Of a stretch of 64,000 nt of DNA, positions 33,606 to 46,505 are shown one piece after another; position 1 is the stretch's first letter, and the number at the start of each line of letters is the position of its first letter. The DNA comes from Gracilinanus agilis (lineage: Eukaryota): assembly GCF_016433145.1 (NCBI RefSeq), contig NC_058132.1:616636219-616700218 (forward strand), written 5' to 3'. The notes under the pieces were generated by a model, which was not told the origin of the DNA, did not search any database, and was given only the letters and a program-made list of their open reading frames with translations. Made by a program: the position numbers and the translations under genes.

Positions 33606-34477
33606 GGCCGCGTGGTACAGCCCACCCTGTGGGGAAAGAGAGATCTGGGAAGGGCAAGGGAAGGGGAGAGAGGGAGGAATCAGGAGAGAAGAGGGTCAGC
33701 AGAGGTAGGGTGGGCATGGGAAGAGAGGTCTGCCCTGCTCAGGCAGCCAGTGCCCCCGTTCCCTCACCCTTGGCCCTCCCGCACCCTCCTCCTCTCCTCC
33801 TTACCCTCCAGTTTCAGCGGGTGATAATACTCCAGGGAGGCTATTTTGAGACCTCCCACTCTATCTGAAGCCCAAAGCTGAGGGGAGATCGGTCCGGCCG
33901 GTCGTCTGTCCAGCCAAGGGGCCCAGTCCTCCCCGCTCACTGCCTTGTCTTCCACTGAACTGACGTTCTCTTCCCTCAGCCCCCTCCCCACAACCTGGAC
34001 CTCCTCCCTCCCCCACTTCCAGTTCCAACCCCCCAGCGGCCCTGTTTGGGGCCCGAGTGTCACAGACGCCTGCAGCTGCCAGCCCCAAAAATAATCTCTG
34101 ATGATACAGCTGGATGATAAGACACTAGCCTGGCTCCTCCAGGCTAAGTATAGAGCAAAGGAGACCACCCCCATCCCCCAGCTCTTCCCCATAAGCCTGG
34201 GGAGCAGCTGCAGTCTGAGAGGGGCCACAGCTGTCTTGGGCCATAAGACTTTCTAAGGGACCGAGTAATTCTCTCTTAGGGATTGAGAGATCCCTTTTCC
34301 GGGGCCTGAAAGTTCACCCTCTGCCCCCGCTGCACCCCAACTTTGCTCTGTAGACAGTCGGGTGGTAGATTCAGGAAATTCGTAGAATTGGGGAAGGGGT
34401 ACATATCAGGGGTGACTAGGACACTGGGGCATGACATCCCCCTTTCCCCCACCCCCAGCATTCCAGGCGGGGGTGGG

Positions 34478-34517
34478 TGATAAGGCTCAGGGCCACAGAC
34501 ATCTGCGTCAGAGATAG
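34478..34517 (+). promoter_or_regulatory. Inhibin alpha proximal promoter module: GATA - SF-1/NR5A1 - CRE - GATA
   Basis: TGATAA 34478-83, TCAGGGCCA 34487-95, TGCGTCA 34504-10, AGATAG 34512-17; same order as the known rodent and human INHA promoter elements. Confidence 0.85.
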
Positions 34518-34713
34518 GCCTCAATGCCAGCCAGGACCGCTGGGCGTGGGAAGAAGAGAGAGGGCTGGCAAGGAAGAGTGGGGGTGAACGGGGTGGGGTG
34601 AGGAGGGCAGGAAGGAGGCTAGAACCTGCTGTGAGTGGGCACTAAGAACAGTGGACCCGGAACCAAGGGCAGCAGGAAGCTCAGGCTGGGCGATCTTAAT
34701 GCAGCCAATGGCC

Positions 34714-34990
34714 ATGCTGCCTCTGCCACTCATTGTGCTGCTTCTGCTGCTGAGGGACATGAAGGGTGGGCATGGATGCCAGGGCCCAGAGCCAGACAGG
34801 GAGCTGGTGCTGGCCAAAGTCAGGGCCCTGGTGCTGGATGCCTTGGGCCCTCCCACCAACTCCAAGGATGGTGGAGAGGCTGGGGCCCGGCGCTTGCCCC
34901 GCAGGCATGCCCAGACTGGGGGTTCCACACGAAGAAGCATGGAAAATGAAGATGAGGACCTATCACAGGTCATCCTTTTCCCAAGCACAG
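34714..34990 (+). CDS. INHA: Inhibin alpha subunit exon 1 (signal peptide and pro region)
   Basis: gccATG; [13 protein letters not shown]...[27 protein letters not shown]...SQVILFPST; G|GTAACC donor. In-frame ATGs at 34699 and 34708 are alternative starts. Confidence 0.93.
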
Positions 34991-35062
34991 GTAACCTGAG
35001 TGGAGCAGGGGGATGGAAGATGGAATAAGTGTCTAGAAAGGGCCAGTAGGCATCTGGGATCA

Positions 35063-35301
35063 NNNNNNNNNNNNNNNNNNNNNNNNNNNNNNNNNNNNNN
35101 NNNNNNNNNNNNNNNNNNNNNNNNNNNNNNNNNNNNNNNNNNNNNNNNNNNNNNNNNNNNNNNNNNNNNNNNNNNNNNNNNNNNNNNNNNNNNNNNNNNN
35201 NNNNNNNNNNNNNNNNNNNNNNNNNNNNNNNNNNNNNNNNNNNNNNNNNNNNNNNNNNNNNNNNNNNNNNNNNNNNNNNNNNNNNNNNNNNNNNNNNNNN
35301 N
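35063..35301. other. Assembly gap (239 N) in the INHA intron
   Basis: Run of N; SINE-like sequence resumes immediately after it. Confidence 1.
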
Positions 35302-35766
35302 TTGTCTCTAGGCCTGACTCTATCCACTGAGACACCTAACTACCCTATCTCTTTCCTATCTCTTTCAATCCCTCCCCCTGCTTCCTGGTCCCCACCAAGC
35401 CCTAGCCTCCTGGGACCTCTGAATGACAAAACTTCCAGAAATGGTCTAGCATGCAAGAGAGGGAAAGGAGGAATTTTCCAAGGGTGACTTAGGAACATTT
35501 TGGGGCACCCTGGCTGCCTTTAGCTTTCCCTTCCTTCTGACTTTTCTCTCCCCTACTTCATGATTCTCTTTGAAAGGAGTTCTCTCTCTCCATTCCTGGT
35601 GGAGGCTCTCTCATAAAAGGCAATAAATATGGGCTCGTTCCCATTCAGTTCTGCACCTGGTTTGAAGAATGGAGGCAGTAAAAATCCCATTTCCCTAAGT
35701 CTTTTCTCTCTCCTGCTCCTGCCAACCATGGCCGCCCTCTTCCCTTCAGCTGTCTGTCTCCTCCAG

Positions 35767-36575
35767 GTCCTGGCTGTGAGGATGAAACAGAGTCGGGAGA
35801 GGCGGAAGGCCTATTCACGTACACATTTCGGCCTTCCTTGCACATGCGAAGTCGCCAGGTGACGGCTGCCCAGCTGTGGTTCCACACTGGCCTGGACAGG
35901 GCGGGTGCCAAGGCCCACAACAGCTCAGGCCCCCCCGTGACCCTGTTGGAGATGTCTTCGGGGGTCCCCGTGGCGGTGCCGGTGTTAGTGGGCTCGGCTC
36001 CCCGCCACTGGGTGGTGTTTCACCTGGCAGCCCCCGCGCTCGCCCTGCTGGCCCGTCCACTCTTTGTTCTGCTGCTCCGATGCCCCGATTGCCCCTGCCT
36101 GGCCCGGCTCGATGCCACCCCCTTCTTGGTGGCGCACACCAGGGCCCGTCCTCACGGCGTGGGGGAGAGGGCTCGCCGGTCACCTCCTCCCCCATCCTGG
36201 CCCTGGTCTCCAGCCGCCCTGCGCTTGCTGCAGCGCCCTTCCGAAGAGCCGGCCGCCCATGCAGACTGCCATCGGGCTGCCCTCAATATCTCCTTTCAGG
36301 AACTTGGCTGGGACCAGTGGATTGTACACCCGCCTAGCTTCATCTTCCATTACTGCCACGGGGGCTGCGGGCTGGCGCCCTCTCCAGTCCTGTCCCCGGG
36401 GGCTGCCCTCCCCCCTGCCCAGCCCCCACCTCTGGCCCCCGGCTCCCCGCCTTGCTGCGCGGCACTCCCCGGCACCATGAGACCCCTGCGTGTCCGAACC
36501 ACCTCCGACGGAGGCTATTCCTTCAAGTATGAGACAGTGCCCAACCTCCTCACTCAGCACTGCGCCTGCATCTAG
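35767..36575 (+). CDS. INHA: Inhibin alpha subunit exon 2 (alphaN, RARR furin site, mature TGF-beta domain)
   Basis: ctcctccag| acceptor; RARR ending at 36179; [15 protein letters not shown]...CHGGC...[40 protein letters not shown]; total about 361 aa. Confidence 0.97.
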
Positions 36576-37377
36576 GAGGTCCCCCGCCTCCCCTAAAGTC
36601 GGGGCCAAAACGGAGTCAAGGGACAGCTTCCCCCGCCTGCCCCCCATTCTCATCTGATAGTGCTGGTGCTCCCTGTCCAAGGTCACGCTTCTCTGCTGCA
36701 AACATGAATAACTGCCTAGAGACAATGGCTGGGGAAGGAGCCCTCCTCCCATTCCCAGAGCCATGTGGGGGAGAGCTGGAGCAAAGAATTCCAGGGACCC
36801 CCAGCAGCTCTGACCTGAACCTGTAAATCCCCGAATCGGGGGCTCGTTGTGGGGCGGAGAGGAGACTGCGCAAGGCTTCCATGATGGCTCTGCAGCTCCT
36901 TGAGAGGGCACACAAGGGGGCTCCATCTGGACCCTTGGATGACAGATAGCATCAATCTTTTAAAGGGCCCCTTAAGCCGTCCTCCCTTTCTAGCCCTGAA
37001 TGCTGTGAGGTTTGGGAGGGGAGAAACCTTCCAGACCAAGTATACCGGGACCTTCTGAGCACCTTCCCATGCAGGACCTCCCTGAATGCTTGAGAGTTTT
37101 AGCCACCCTGGGCAGAAGTTAGCTGGTGACTGAAGGGCATGACTGTCCCTGGGCTTGTCTAGCTAGGTCCCACCTTGTTCCTGCCTGGCTGCAGATCCAG
37201 GTTCTTCCCCAACTAAAGAGTGAACAGTACCTTTTGGGGGTGGGGTCATATCCTTCTAGACAAGGGGCTGAGTTCTGGGGACATGACAGAAATGAGAAGC
37301 TAAGGTAGCCCCTGAGACGTCCATGGACACTGCCTCCCAAAGGCCCCAAGGCCTTAGACTTGACCACACTGACTCCT

Positions 37378-37383
37378 AATAAA
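37378..37383 (+). terminator. Candidate INHA polyA signal
   Basis: First AATAAA I found after the INHA stop, about 800 nt downstream. Confidence 0.5.
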
Positions 37384-39767
37384 GGCAGCCAGTAAGCCTC
37401 GACTTGGTGTGTGAACCCTCAATGATGTTTCAGTGTCTCTGAAGTGAAGTCTCAGGAACTAGACCTTGGTCTACAAGGCTGATGGGACAGAAGGAGGGAA
37501 GGGAAGGAATAAGCATTTACGAGTATGTCTCACAGCAACCCTGTGAGGTGGGTGCTATTATTCCCATTTTCCAGTTGAGGAAACTGAGGCAGACCTTTTA
37601 AGGATAGATGTCTTGCCTAGGGTAACACAGCTAACAAATATCTAAGGTGGGATTTCAGTGAAATCTTCCTGACTCCAGCTTAGTACTCTAAACATTGTGC
37701 CACTTACAACAGCTTGGCTACCACTGAGTCACTTGCCATCCTGACTCTGAGAGGTTATAAAGAAGAAGAGGGATGGTATTTATAGCTGAAACTGGGACCA
37801 CTCTTTGCTGTTTTACTATTTTTTTTTTTTAAACAGAGCCACACTTTCCTAGAGTTTTTGCTCTAACAGTCCCTTTCCTGGGTACCAGCATTTCCTGAAG
37901 CTTTCTTGGTCTTGCAGTAATAAAAACCCTTCTCTCCTTATATGGAAGACCTCTGAAGTTAGTTCTCTCTCTCTCCAATACATAATGAAGGGGAAAAGCA
38001 AAAATAATCAGATGAGGTATAAAGTGCACATGGCTGAAATCAGAAAGGCAGAAGCTGAAAATTCTTTAAGCTCAGTCTAACCTTTCTCTCTTGATACATA
38101 GGATTTAGAGAGGGAAGGGACTAGAAAGATCTTTTCCTTTAAAAGCCTCCTTAGAGGCTCCCCTTTTCTCTTCCCCACCTCCCCCTACCCCATAGTATCA
38201 GCTGTTAAAACTTCCTAGCACCTCTTTGGAGGGTTACCCTACACATCCTCAAGGGCTTTAGGGGAAAATCAGGCCCACTTCTGGGAAGGAGAGATACCCA
38301 ACTGAAAGAAAAGTCATTTATTTACATGGCCCAGCAAATCTCTGGGATTCCAGAGCAGCAGGTTCTAACTGTTCCCTTTCCAGCTTTAAAGCCTGAACAA
38401 TTAGGTGACCTCACTATCCACCGAATGGTAGCCTGTGTTGGATGGAAGATCACCATGGCCAATTGCCTCATTTCACAGGTTATGAGATTGACAGTGGAGT
38501 GGAGAAGCTACTTGCCTAATTAGTGTCACTACCCTGTCTATTTACCGTTTCTTTAAGGTTATTGAACATTCAAGCCTTCCAAAGGCAGCCTTCCTTTAGA
38601 ACAGTCTTCCCTTTCAGTTAGCCCTGGGCATAATGGGGGAGTTAGGATAGAAAACAGATGACACAAACACCTGGATGGCAAAAGCAATTCATCAGCCCCA
38701 TGCCCTAAAGAGAAAGACCTGGAGGAGTCTTGAAGTCCAGACACAAGAGAATGGCTCATTAATTACTCTAATGACCCGATTACTCTGTGTTGGTCACTTT
38801 GCCATCTACTTTGCCAGCCAGAACAAGTGCTGCCCTGCTAAGTGCCTCCCTCCTGTGGTCGATCACCTTTTTTTTCCCCCATAGTCCTTCACCCCTTTTC
38901 AACTCCAGCTAAGTAGACCATTGCTGCTACCACCCCTGTCACGGTCATCAGACAAAGGCAACTCACTCAGGGATTGGGGGGGCCATACAGCCAATGGCAG
39001 TGATTTATACTCACACCCACGGGGCCTTCCCACATGGTGGCATCAGGAATGATTTCTGGGAACATTCGAAATTGCACCCTGTGGAATTTACAGAAATCAA
39101 CAGGAAGCCACCAAACAGAAGGCAACCTCAGGATTTGGGGATGTGGCCAAAAAAATGACCGCTAAAATGGATGTTAATAAGAACAGACATAAAAATAATC
39201 CCTTCCACACCCTTTATGATTTCGCTGCTTTTCAAACAGTTCCCATCTCCAAGCTTTGGCTATCCCTCATGCCAGAACATTCCCTCTCTTCATCTTGGTC
39301 TCTTGGCTTTCCTGGCTTCCTTCAAGACTCATTTCAAATCCCCCAAGTGGAGGAGGCTTCCCTCAGTCCCCTAGGTTGCTAGGGCTTTCTTCTCCAAGAT
39401 CATCCTTAATCGACTTTGTCTATAGCTTTTCTTTATCTCATTTAAATGTGGTATTGAGTTCCTTGAGGCCAGAGACTGGGTTTTTGCCTTTCTTCGAATC
39501 CCCAGAACTTCATACCATGCCTGGCACACAATCAGAGTTTAATTAAATAAATGCTTATTGACTGACTGACCCTGACAGAAATGGGCTGCAGTACGTTGTC
39601 TAAGAGCTGGTTTGTTGCTGATATAATGAAAAGACTTCCAAGATCTCAGCCAGGAAACTATTGATGGATAAACCATTCTCTTGTGCATTGGCTGAGTGTA
39701 TATTGTTTCCCAGAGCTTGAACCATGCACAGATGTTAAAATACTGAGTTTTAGAAAATGGAAAGCAG

Positions 39768-39955
39768 GGGCACCTAGGTGGCTCAGTGGGTAGAGTACTA
39801 GCCTGGAGACAGGAGGTTCTGGGTTCAAAACGTAGCTTCAGACACTTCCTAGCTGTGTGACCCTGGGCAAGTCTCTTAAACTCAATTGCTTAATGCTTTT
39901 CTGCCTTGGAACCTATACATGGTATGAATTCCAAGACCGAAGATGAGGATTAAAG
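39768..39955 (+). mobile_element. Marsupial SINE
   Basis: Near full-length copy. Confidence 0.8.
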
Positions 39956-40224
39956 AAAATGGAAAGTAGATGAGACCCTAAACCTGTGGTGATCCCTCCA
40001 AAGTATAACTAACTTGTTAAGGCTCCGCCAGCAGTCAGTATCCAAGTTTTTTATCACTTCTTACATATAATGCCTATGAAGGCATTAGAGGATTTGAGCT
40101 AGGTCTTGAAGGACAGAGAGGAAGGCAGACACCTTCATTCTAAAGTCATTTCTAATAGCAGTCTGGGCAACAGATCTGGAATATACTATTGGGCTTTTAG
40201 AAGATACAGTTATTAAAAAAAAAT

Positions 40225-40428
40225 CCAAAACCAAATAACTCATACCTTCCATCTTACAATCAATACTATGTATCAGTTCCAAGGCAGAAGAGCAGTCAGG
40301 GTTAGGCAATGGGAGTTAAATGACTTATCTAGAGTCACATAGATAGGAAGTCTCACAGGTCAAATTTGAACCCAGGTCCTCCCAACACCAGGCTTGGCTT
40401 TTATCCACTGAGCCATCTAGTTGCCCCA
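40225..40428 (-). mobile_element. Marsupial SINE
   Basis: Near full-length reverse copy. Confidence 0.8.
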
Positions 40429-40573
40429 AATATATAATTTTATTATAAAGAACATATTTCGCTTTTGTTATGTCTGAGCTACATGATAATAGGTTTATGG
40501 TATAGTTTTATCCCTTTAAAATTTTTTAATTTTAATTTTTTTACTGATTAATTAATTTAGAATATTTTTCTTT

Positions 40574-41254
40574 TGTAAAAAGGAATTCTTTATTCCCTTT
40601 TTAATTTAACTTGGGAGCTGGAGGTCCTCTTACCATAGAGATGTGTAGAGATTAACCAGTCGACAGTGACAGGAAGTAGAAACCATAGAAATAGGAAGGA
40701 GGAACCACAGAGACAGGAAGTGAGGTAGAAAAAGGGTATAAAAGGGGCCAGCATCAGTTGCTGACAGTTAGGTGCTGGTAGTTTTGGGGAAGTTGGCTGC
40801 TGGAAGTATGTTGGGTTGGTGTTTGGCCTTTAGTTGCTGGAATATAAAAGGCGGGCCTGAGCTTATTGATAGGGCTTTTTGGCCTTAGCTTTTAGAGGGC
40901 TTTTAGGCTTTTGGGTGTTTTGGCTGTTAGGTTTTTTTTTTTTCCTTGAACTGTCTTGGGAGGTGGCTGGTATTCTAGACAGACCTAATTGGGATTGGAT
41001 TAAACACTGATTGGGTTGATTTTGATTGGGCTGGATTGGGTTGGAACTTTGTGAGGTGGTTGTTATTAGCCATAGTTATAGGTAGTTATAGGTAGTAATT
41101 ATAGGTTGTTATAGGATAACTAGTATAGACATTAGGAAATTTTCTTTCTCTCCTATATTATTCTCCTTTCCTGTATTTTTTTCTATCTCTATTTTAATAA
41201 AATTGTTAAAAGCTGCTCTTTTATTTTTGTCAAACCCTTATTTTAACCCTTACA
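40574..41254 (+). mobile_element. Probable solo LTR
   Basis: TGT...ACA termini, TATAAAA boxes near 40737 and 40843, AATAAA near 41196, strong strand bias; no clean TSD seen. Confidence 0.6.
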
Positions 41255-41464
41255 TCATGGTCACATGATTTATATTCTTTCCCTCCCTTCCTCCCTGTTT
41301 TATCCCTTTTAAATGATACTTTTTTTTTTTTAAACAATCTCCTTTGGTATCTAGGAAAGAACACAAGGCCAGGAAGTCAGGGAACTTAAATTAAAGTTCT
41401 GACTTTTTCATTTGTTGTTCAGCAACATACTTAACTTTCTTAAATCTAGGTTTCTTTCTTTTTT

Positions 41465-41650
41465 TTTTTTTTTAAGTCTTACCTTCTGCCTTAGAATCAA
41501 TTGGTTCTAAGGCAGAAGAGTGGTAAGGGCTAGGCAATGGGGGTTAAGTGACTTGCCCAGGGTCACACAGCTAGGAAGTATTTGAGGCCAGATTTGAACC
41601 TAGGACCTCCTGTCTCTAGGCCTGGCTCTCAATCCACTGAACCACCCAGC
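41465..41650 (-). mobile_element. Marsupial SINE (close to the shared consensus)
   Basis: Near full-length reverse copy with T tract. Confidence 0.85.
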
Positions 41651-41720
41651 TTATTCATTCTTAAAAAGGGGGGTGAGTAGCAGGGAGCCTAGACTAGATA
41701 TCTAAGGTTCCTTCCAATTA

Positions 41721-42473
41721 TGTCTGGACTCAAACTCTAATTTAAACTCTCTAAAAAAGAATGGATGCTGACTGAAGGCCTAGTTGACCAAGTTATTTCC
41801 AATAAATCCAATCACACTGACAATGATAATAAGCCTGTCAGGGAAAGTGGAAGTGACAGGCAGAGGGAGAGAGAAAATTCCAGAACTCTGGGGTCAGTGA
41901 CTGGCTGGTGTCAATTAGTCCCTGGACTTACTTTACTCTAGAGGTACTGGCTCCATCTCTCTCCATATCCTGTCTGAGTGGATCATCCAGCTTTCACTGA
42001 CCAGGAAGAGGTTGAGTTTAGTAAGCTACACTGGTGGAAGGTGTAGCCATATCCTTACTCTCCTTCCTTTGGATTTATGTTGCTGAGACCCAACTGGATT
42101 CCTGACAGACCCTGAAGGACAACCGCCATGAGATGTCCCTACAAACCCAGTGGACCTGTTTCCTGTCCAGTTTTCCCTTACTCCTAAATACTATCCAAGT
42201 GGGGGCAGTGTGTGGAGATTCTGGATAGGATAGAGTATAGGTAGCTGGGTCAAGTTAGGTAGAGATCAGAGTAGAAATCTGTTGGACCTTGGTGGGAGGA
42301 AATTGATTTCTACCCTAGTTAGTTCATCCCATTCCCTTCCCTTACCTGTCCCAGTTAAATACTAAAACTCTGTTATTGTTACCTTGTCAGTCTCTCCCTG
42401 GATCCTTTCCCAGATCTATAGGATTTTAACTTACTAGCCCAAGGACTATTAAGAACCTAGAAATCATCTAACA
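41721..42473. mobile_element. Possible second, older solo LTR
   Basis: TG...CA-bounded non-SINE block of LTR-like length; TSD not evident. Confidence 0.3.
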
Positions 42474-44904
42474 CCTTTTAACCTTATACCACCAACCTAA
42501 TAATAGTTATTTAACTACCCACATGTTATTTTTTCAATAGTGGATAGTGAGTGGCTTTCACTGAGTCAGTGTCAGAGGCAGGTCTAAATTCAGCCTGATA
42601 CCACCCTGTCTTTGCCCAGAAAATATACTGCATAAAAATAAGTAATAAAAATTAAAATGAATAAAAAGAAAAAAGAAAAAAAAAGAAAACCCCAAGAATT
42701 TAAACACCTACTATGCAACTTGCACCATGATAGTATTGTTGGTTTTTATATTCAGGTTTGCAATTCTGGCCAGCTTCCAGGCCAATTATGGCCTCTTTTC
42801 CTTCAATTAGGCTCCCCCAGCAAGGCGGTGGGGCCTGTCTAAGGGCATATTATGGTTTCTAAAACACCAGGTGCAGTGGAGGGGAGATTAACATGCTTTC
42901 CCATCCAATTATCCTCTTAAAAAACAAACCGAAATACAAATCTATTAAAAGTTAAGAATGAATTTTAAATAGTGAAACAGATAATCCTAAGGAACAAGTT
43001 TTTCAAGACCAAATTTAGTACCTTTCTCATGACCCTGTTTCCTGTTATTTATTGATTTTAACCCAAGTTTGATGTTGCTGTTATTCAGTCATTTCTGATT
43101 CTTTGTGATCCCATTTGAGATTTTCTCATCAGAGATACTGGAGTGATTTGCCATGTCCTTCTTCAGGCCATTTTGTAGATGAGGAAACTGAGGCAAAGAG
43201 GGTTAAGTAACTTGCCCAGCTAGTAATTGTGGAAAGCCCAGATTTTCATTCAGGTCTTCCTGACTCTTGGCCTGGATGCTGTTCCACCTAGCTGCCCTAA
43301 TTTTATGTATAGACATCAATTAGAATTTTTTTTTTGGCAAATTTAATCATTCTTCTAACTTAGAGTCAAAATATTTGGGTGCATGAATGGTCTGGGACTC
43401 ACTTAGCCATTTCAAATCACACCAAAATCTTGAAAGGTTTTCTTTTGTAGCTACTGACTCTTGTTTCCCTAGAGAAAGTCATTTCTATCTCTTTTCCCAA
43501 ACAATCAAAAGTTTTTTTTTTCCTTTTCTTTCCATCTTCCCAGCCTTTGATTCCTGCTTCTTCAAAATCAGTAGAAGTAGAGCTAGATGGGATTGAAACA
43601 AGACAAGTTTAGGGCTGGAAGGTCATCTAGTCCAACCTCCTCGTTTTTCAGTAAGGAAACTGAGGCAGAGCCAGGGTAAACATCTTGCTCAAGGTTCCCC
43701 AGCTGGGAAGCAGTCGAGGTGGAATTTGTCTTCAGGTTTTCCTGGCTCCAAGCCCAAGGCTCTACCCCCTGGGACATGCTGCCTCATTAAAACAAAAAGC
43801 CTTCAGTCACTGATTGTGGATAAGCTCATAGATTGGGAGGGAAGGATCCTTCTGGGTCATCTAGCCCAATAACTGATTTTACAGACGGACATCCCGAGTT
43901 CCAGAGGGGGGAAAGGCAGGACCAGGATTTGAATCCAATTCCTTCCCGTCTCACTAAATTCCTTCTACCCAGGGGCCCTGGTTTTTCTCATTGTGGGTTT
44001 TTCTGCAGAGCCCCAGGAAGAAGGGCTGGGGTCTATGGGGACAAATATAGGCTCTAGGAAAGCCCATACTCCTCGTGATGAGTGGGTTGCTGCTGCTACT
44101 GAAGGGAGTGAGCTCTCTCTTACTGGAAGTTCAGTGAAGACCGGACAGCCTCTTGGGGGTATGCTATAGAGGGGGCTTTTGTGCAGGCAGAGCCTGACAT
44201 CCTGCGATTCTTTTGGAGAAAGAACCTCGTAACAGCAGCCAGGAGGCACTAGACCTGGAGTCAGACTAAACCTGGGCTCAAATCCTGCCTCAGACTACGT
44301 GGCTCTGTCTAAGTGGACCTTTCTCAGCCTCAGTTTTCTCATCTTGTAAAATGGGGATAATAATAGGACCTTGTGAGGACAAATAAGATGTCCATTGCTA
44401 TCTATCTCGTTAGTAAATAGCTGTTAACTATGAGCTCTTCCTGGTCCCACCTATCTGGTATTATTTGCTCAGGGTTCTCAGTCAATGGTCTGTTTAACAA
44501 CCAGCAGCTGCTCCTGATACCAGCCCAGCTTATAGAACTGTGAAAAGAAAAGAAAAATCTCCCTTTCTATCTGAAATTATTGATCATTTTCCTGCAGAAG
44601 CAAAGCTGCTTCTCACTACACTTGAGCAGAACACTGAACAAGAATTTAAACCCAGCATGTAAAAAGCAGTTTCTTTCTAAACAGTGAAAAAAGAAGTATA
44701 AAATACTGTCCTTGTCCTCAAAAAGCTTCCTGAGGAGATAAGGCAGACACATTAAATAGAGAATGATACAGGAGACTAAGGGGGCAGGAAAAAACCATTT
44801 ACACACCTACTAGGCACCACATGTTTAATAAATATTTCCTCCCATAATCTTCCCAACCCTTGATGGCTGAGGAAACTGAGGCAGAGAGAGGTTAAATGCC
44901 GGGG

Positions 44905-45460
44905 AATTCTTCACATGCTTGGGGTAGACATTTCTCTGGCTGGTCAATGGCTCTGTCCATTACTCTCAGCCTGGTTTAGCCCATTGTCCAGGGCCATGAA
45001 GCTAGCACGTGGCTGAGGTGGGAATCGATCTCAGGTCTTCATGACTCCAAGCCTGGCGCTTTACCCACAGGACGACCTGGTTGTTCTCCCTTGTGCTCGA
45101 AGAGGACCAAAATGATATCGTAGGTGGTGTCTTTGGACTCACGTGTAAACTGGGTTAGGGTGAAGCACAGTCGCCCAAAGTGGTCAGCCTCTCTGTCTTC
45201 CAGAGCCACGTTAGTCCAGTGGCAAGACAAAAGTCAGGTCGATTGGCGATGGCCTGGGAGCAGTGGATGACCTTGGCTTCTTCAAGGTCTAACCGAGCTC
45301 TAAGGGCTCCTCAGCCCTGCTTCAGCCTCCTTCGTGGCCGTTGGAACAAATTGTTCTCCTCTGCACATTGGGCTGGGAAAGTCTTCCCATGCTTGGGGTA
45401 GACACCCTTTTAACTCATCAGTGGGTCTGTCCATTGCTCTCAACCTGGTTTAGCCCATGT
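44905..45460. mobile_element. RTE-related marsupial SINE remnants
   Basis: Two copies of tgcttggggtagaca...ctcaRcctggtttagccc (near 44915 and 45390) flank a gaagaggacca...gatgaccttgg segment; family call from recall. Confidence 0.45.
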
Positions 45461-46334
45461 GGCAGCTGAGAGCTTCTTGGAGTCACAGGGGAGACACCGA
45501 AAGAAGAAAGCAGTCCTACAAAGGGGCTCGGAAAGCCCTCCCCGAAGAGGGACTCATCTTCCCTGAATACCTTGTGTACTCTGGACAGGACCCCTCAGTA
45601 CACACTCAAAGGCTAGGTTTTAGGGGAGAAACAGCAAGTGCTGTAGGAGTTAAAAGAAAAACCAGCTTGAAATGGACACCTGAGGGAAGACTTCCCAGAA
45701 GAGATGGGGCTTAAACTAAATACCTTGAAAATTGGGTAGAATTTGCCAAATGAAAGGAAATTCAAAGAAGCCTTTTTTCTTCTTCTTATACTGGAGAAAT
45801 CTGAAGGAGCCACGGACAAATCACTGACTTCAATGCTGTGTCAAACAAAAAAGATGTCAGTACCTTTTCCTGATAACTATTTCACAGGGGTATGGAAATC
45901 ACTGGAAAACTCATATACCAAGTGACTAGGCAGCCCTTTTATGGCCATGTGGTACCTAGTGGTCTGTGGAGGGGCCAAGTTTGGCATGTGGGATGGTAGA
46001 ATGGTTAGTCAATCTCTACCTAATTCTAGGTGGTTTATAGCCCAGAGGTAGGTCCCTGACCAGTAAGTAGGTAAAATTGTCCTCCTATTCTTAAGACCCA
46101 TTGCTCCTTGTTTACTTGAGTACAATTTTTATTTCAACTGTTTTGTTTTTATTTTTAGCATATTTTCATGAAGAAATGCCTCTCAGTATATACTTTTCAA
46201 TAAAATGTTTTCTAGAAGGCAAAAAAAGGTTTATTTACATTCCTTTTTCTTAATTTGGATTAGTAAATGACATTGGGGTTTGAGAAGTATGCAAACAGGA
46301 GACCAAAAAGGCTTTGAGGAGGAGGGAGGCAAGG

Positions 46335-46505
46335 TGCCTAGGTAGCTCAGTAGATAGAGCCAGGCCTGGAGATGGGAGGTCCTGGGTTCAAATTTGGCCT
46401 TAGATACTTCCCAGCTGTGTGGCCCTGGGCAAGTCACTCAACCCCCATTGCCTAGCCCTTACCACTCTTCTGCCTTAGAACCAATATAGAGTAAGGGTTT
46501 AAAAA
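46335..46505 (+). mobile_element. Marsupial SINE
   Basis: Near full-length copy. Confidence 0.85.

Noticed and set aside
32242-33824. Several + strand and alternative-frame ORFs over OBSL1 exon 1
   Set aside because: Codon-symmetry shadows of a GC-rich coding exon
34521-35335. ORFs containing long X runs
   Set aside because: Artefacts of reading through the 239-N gap
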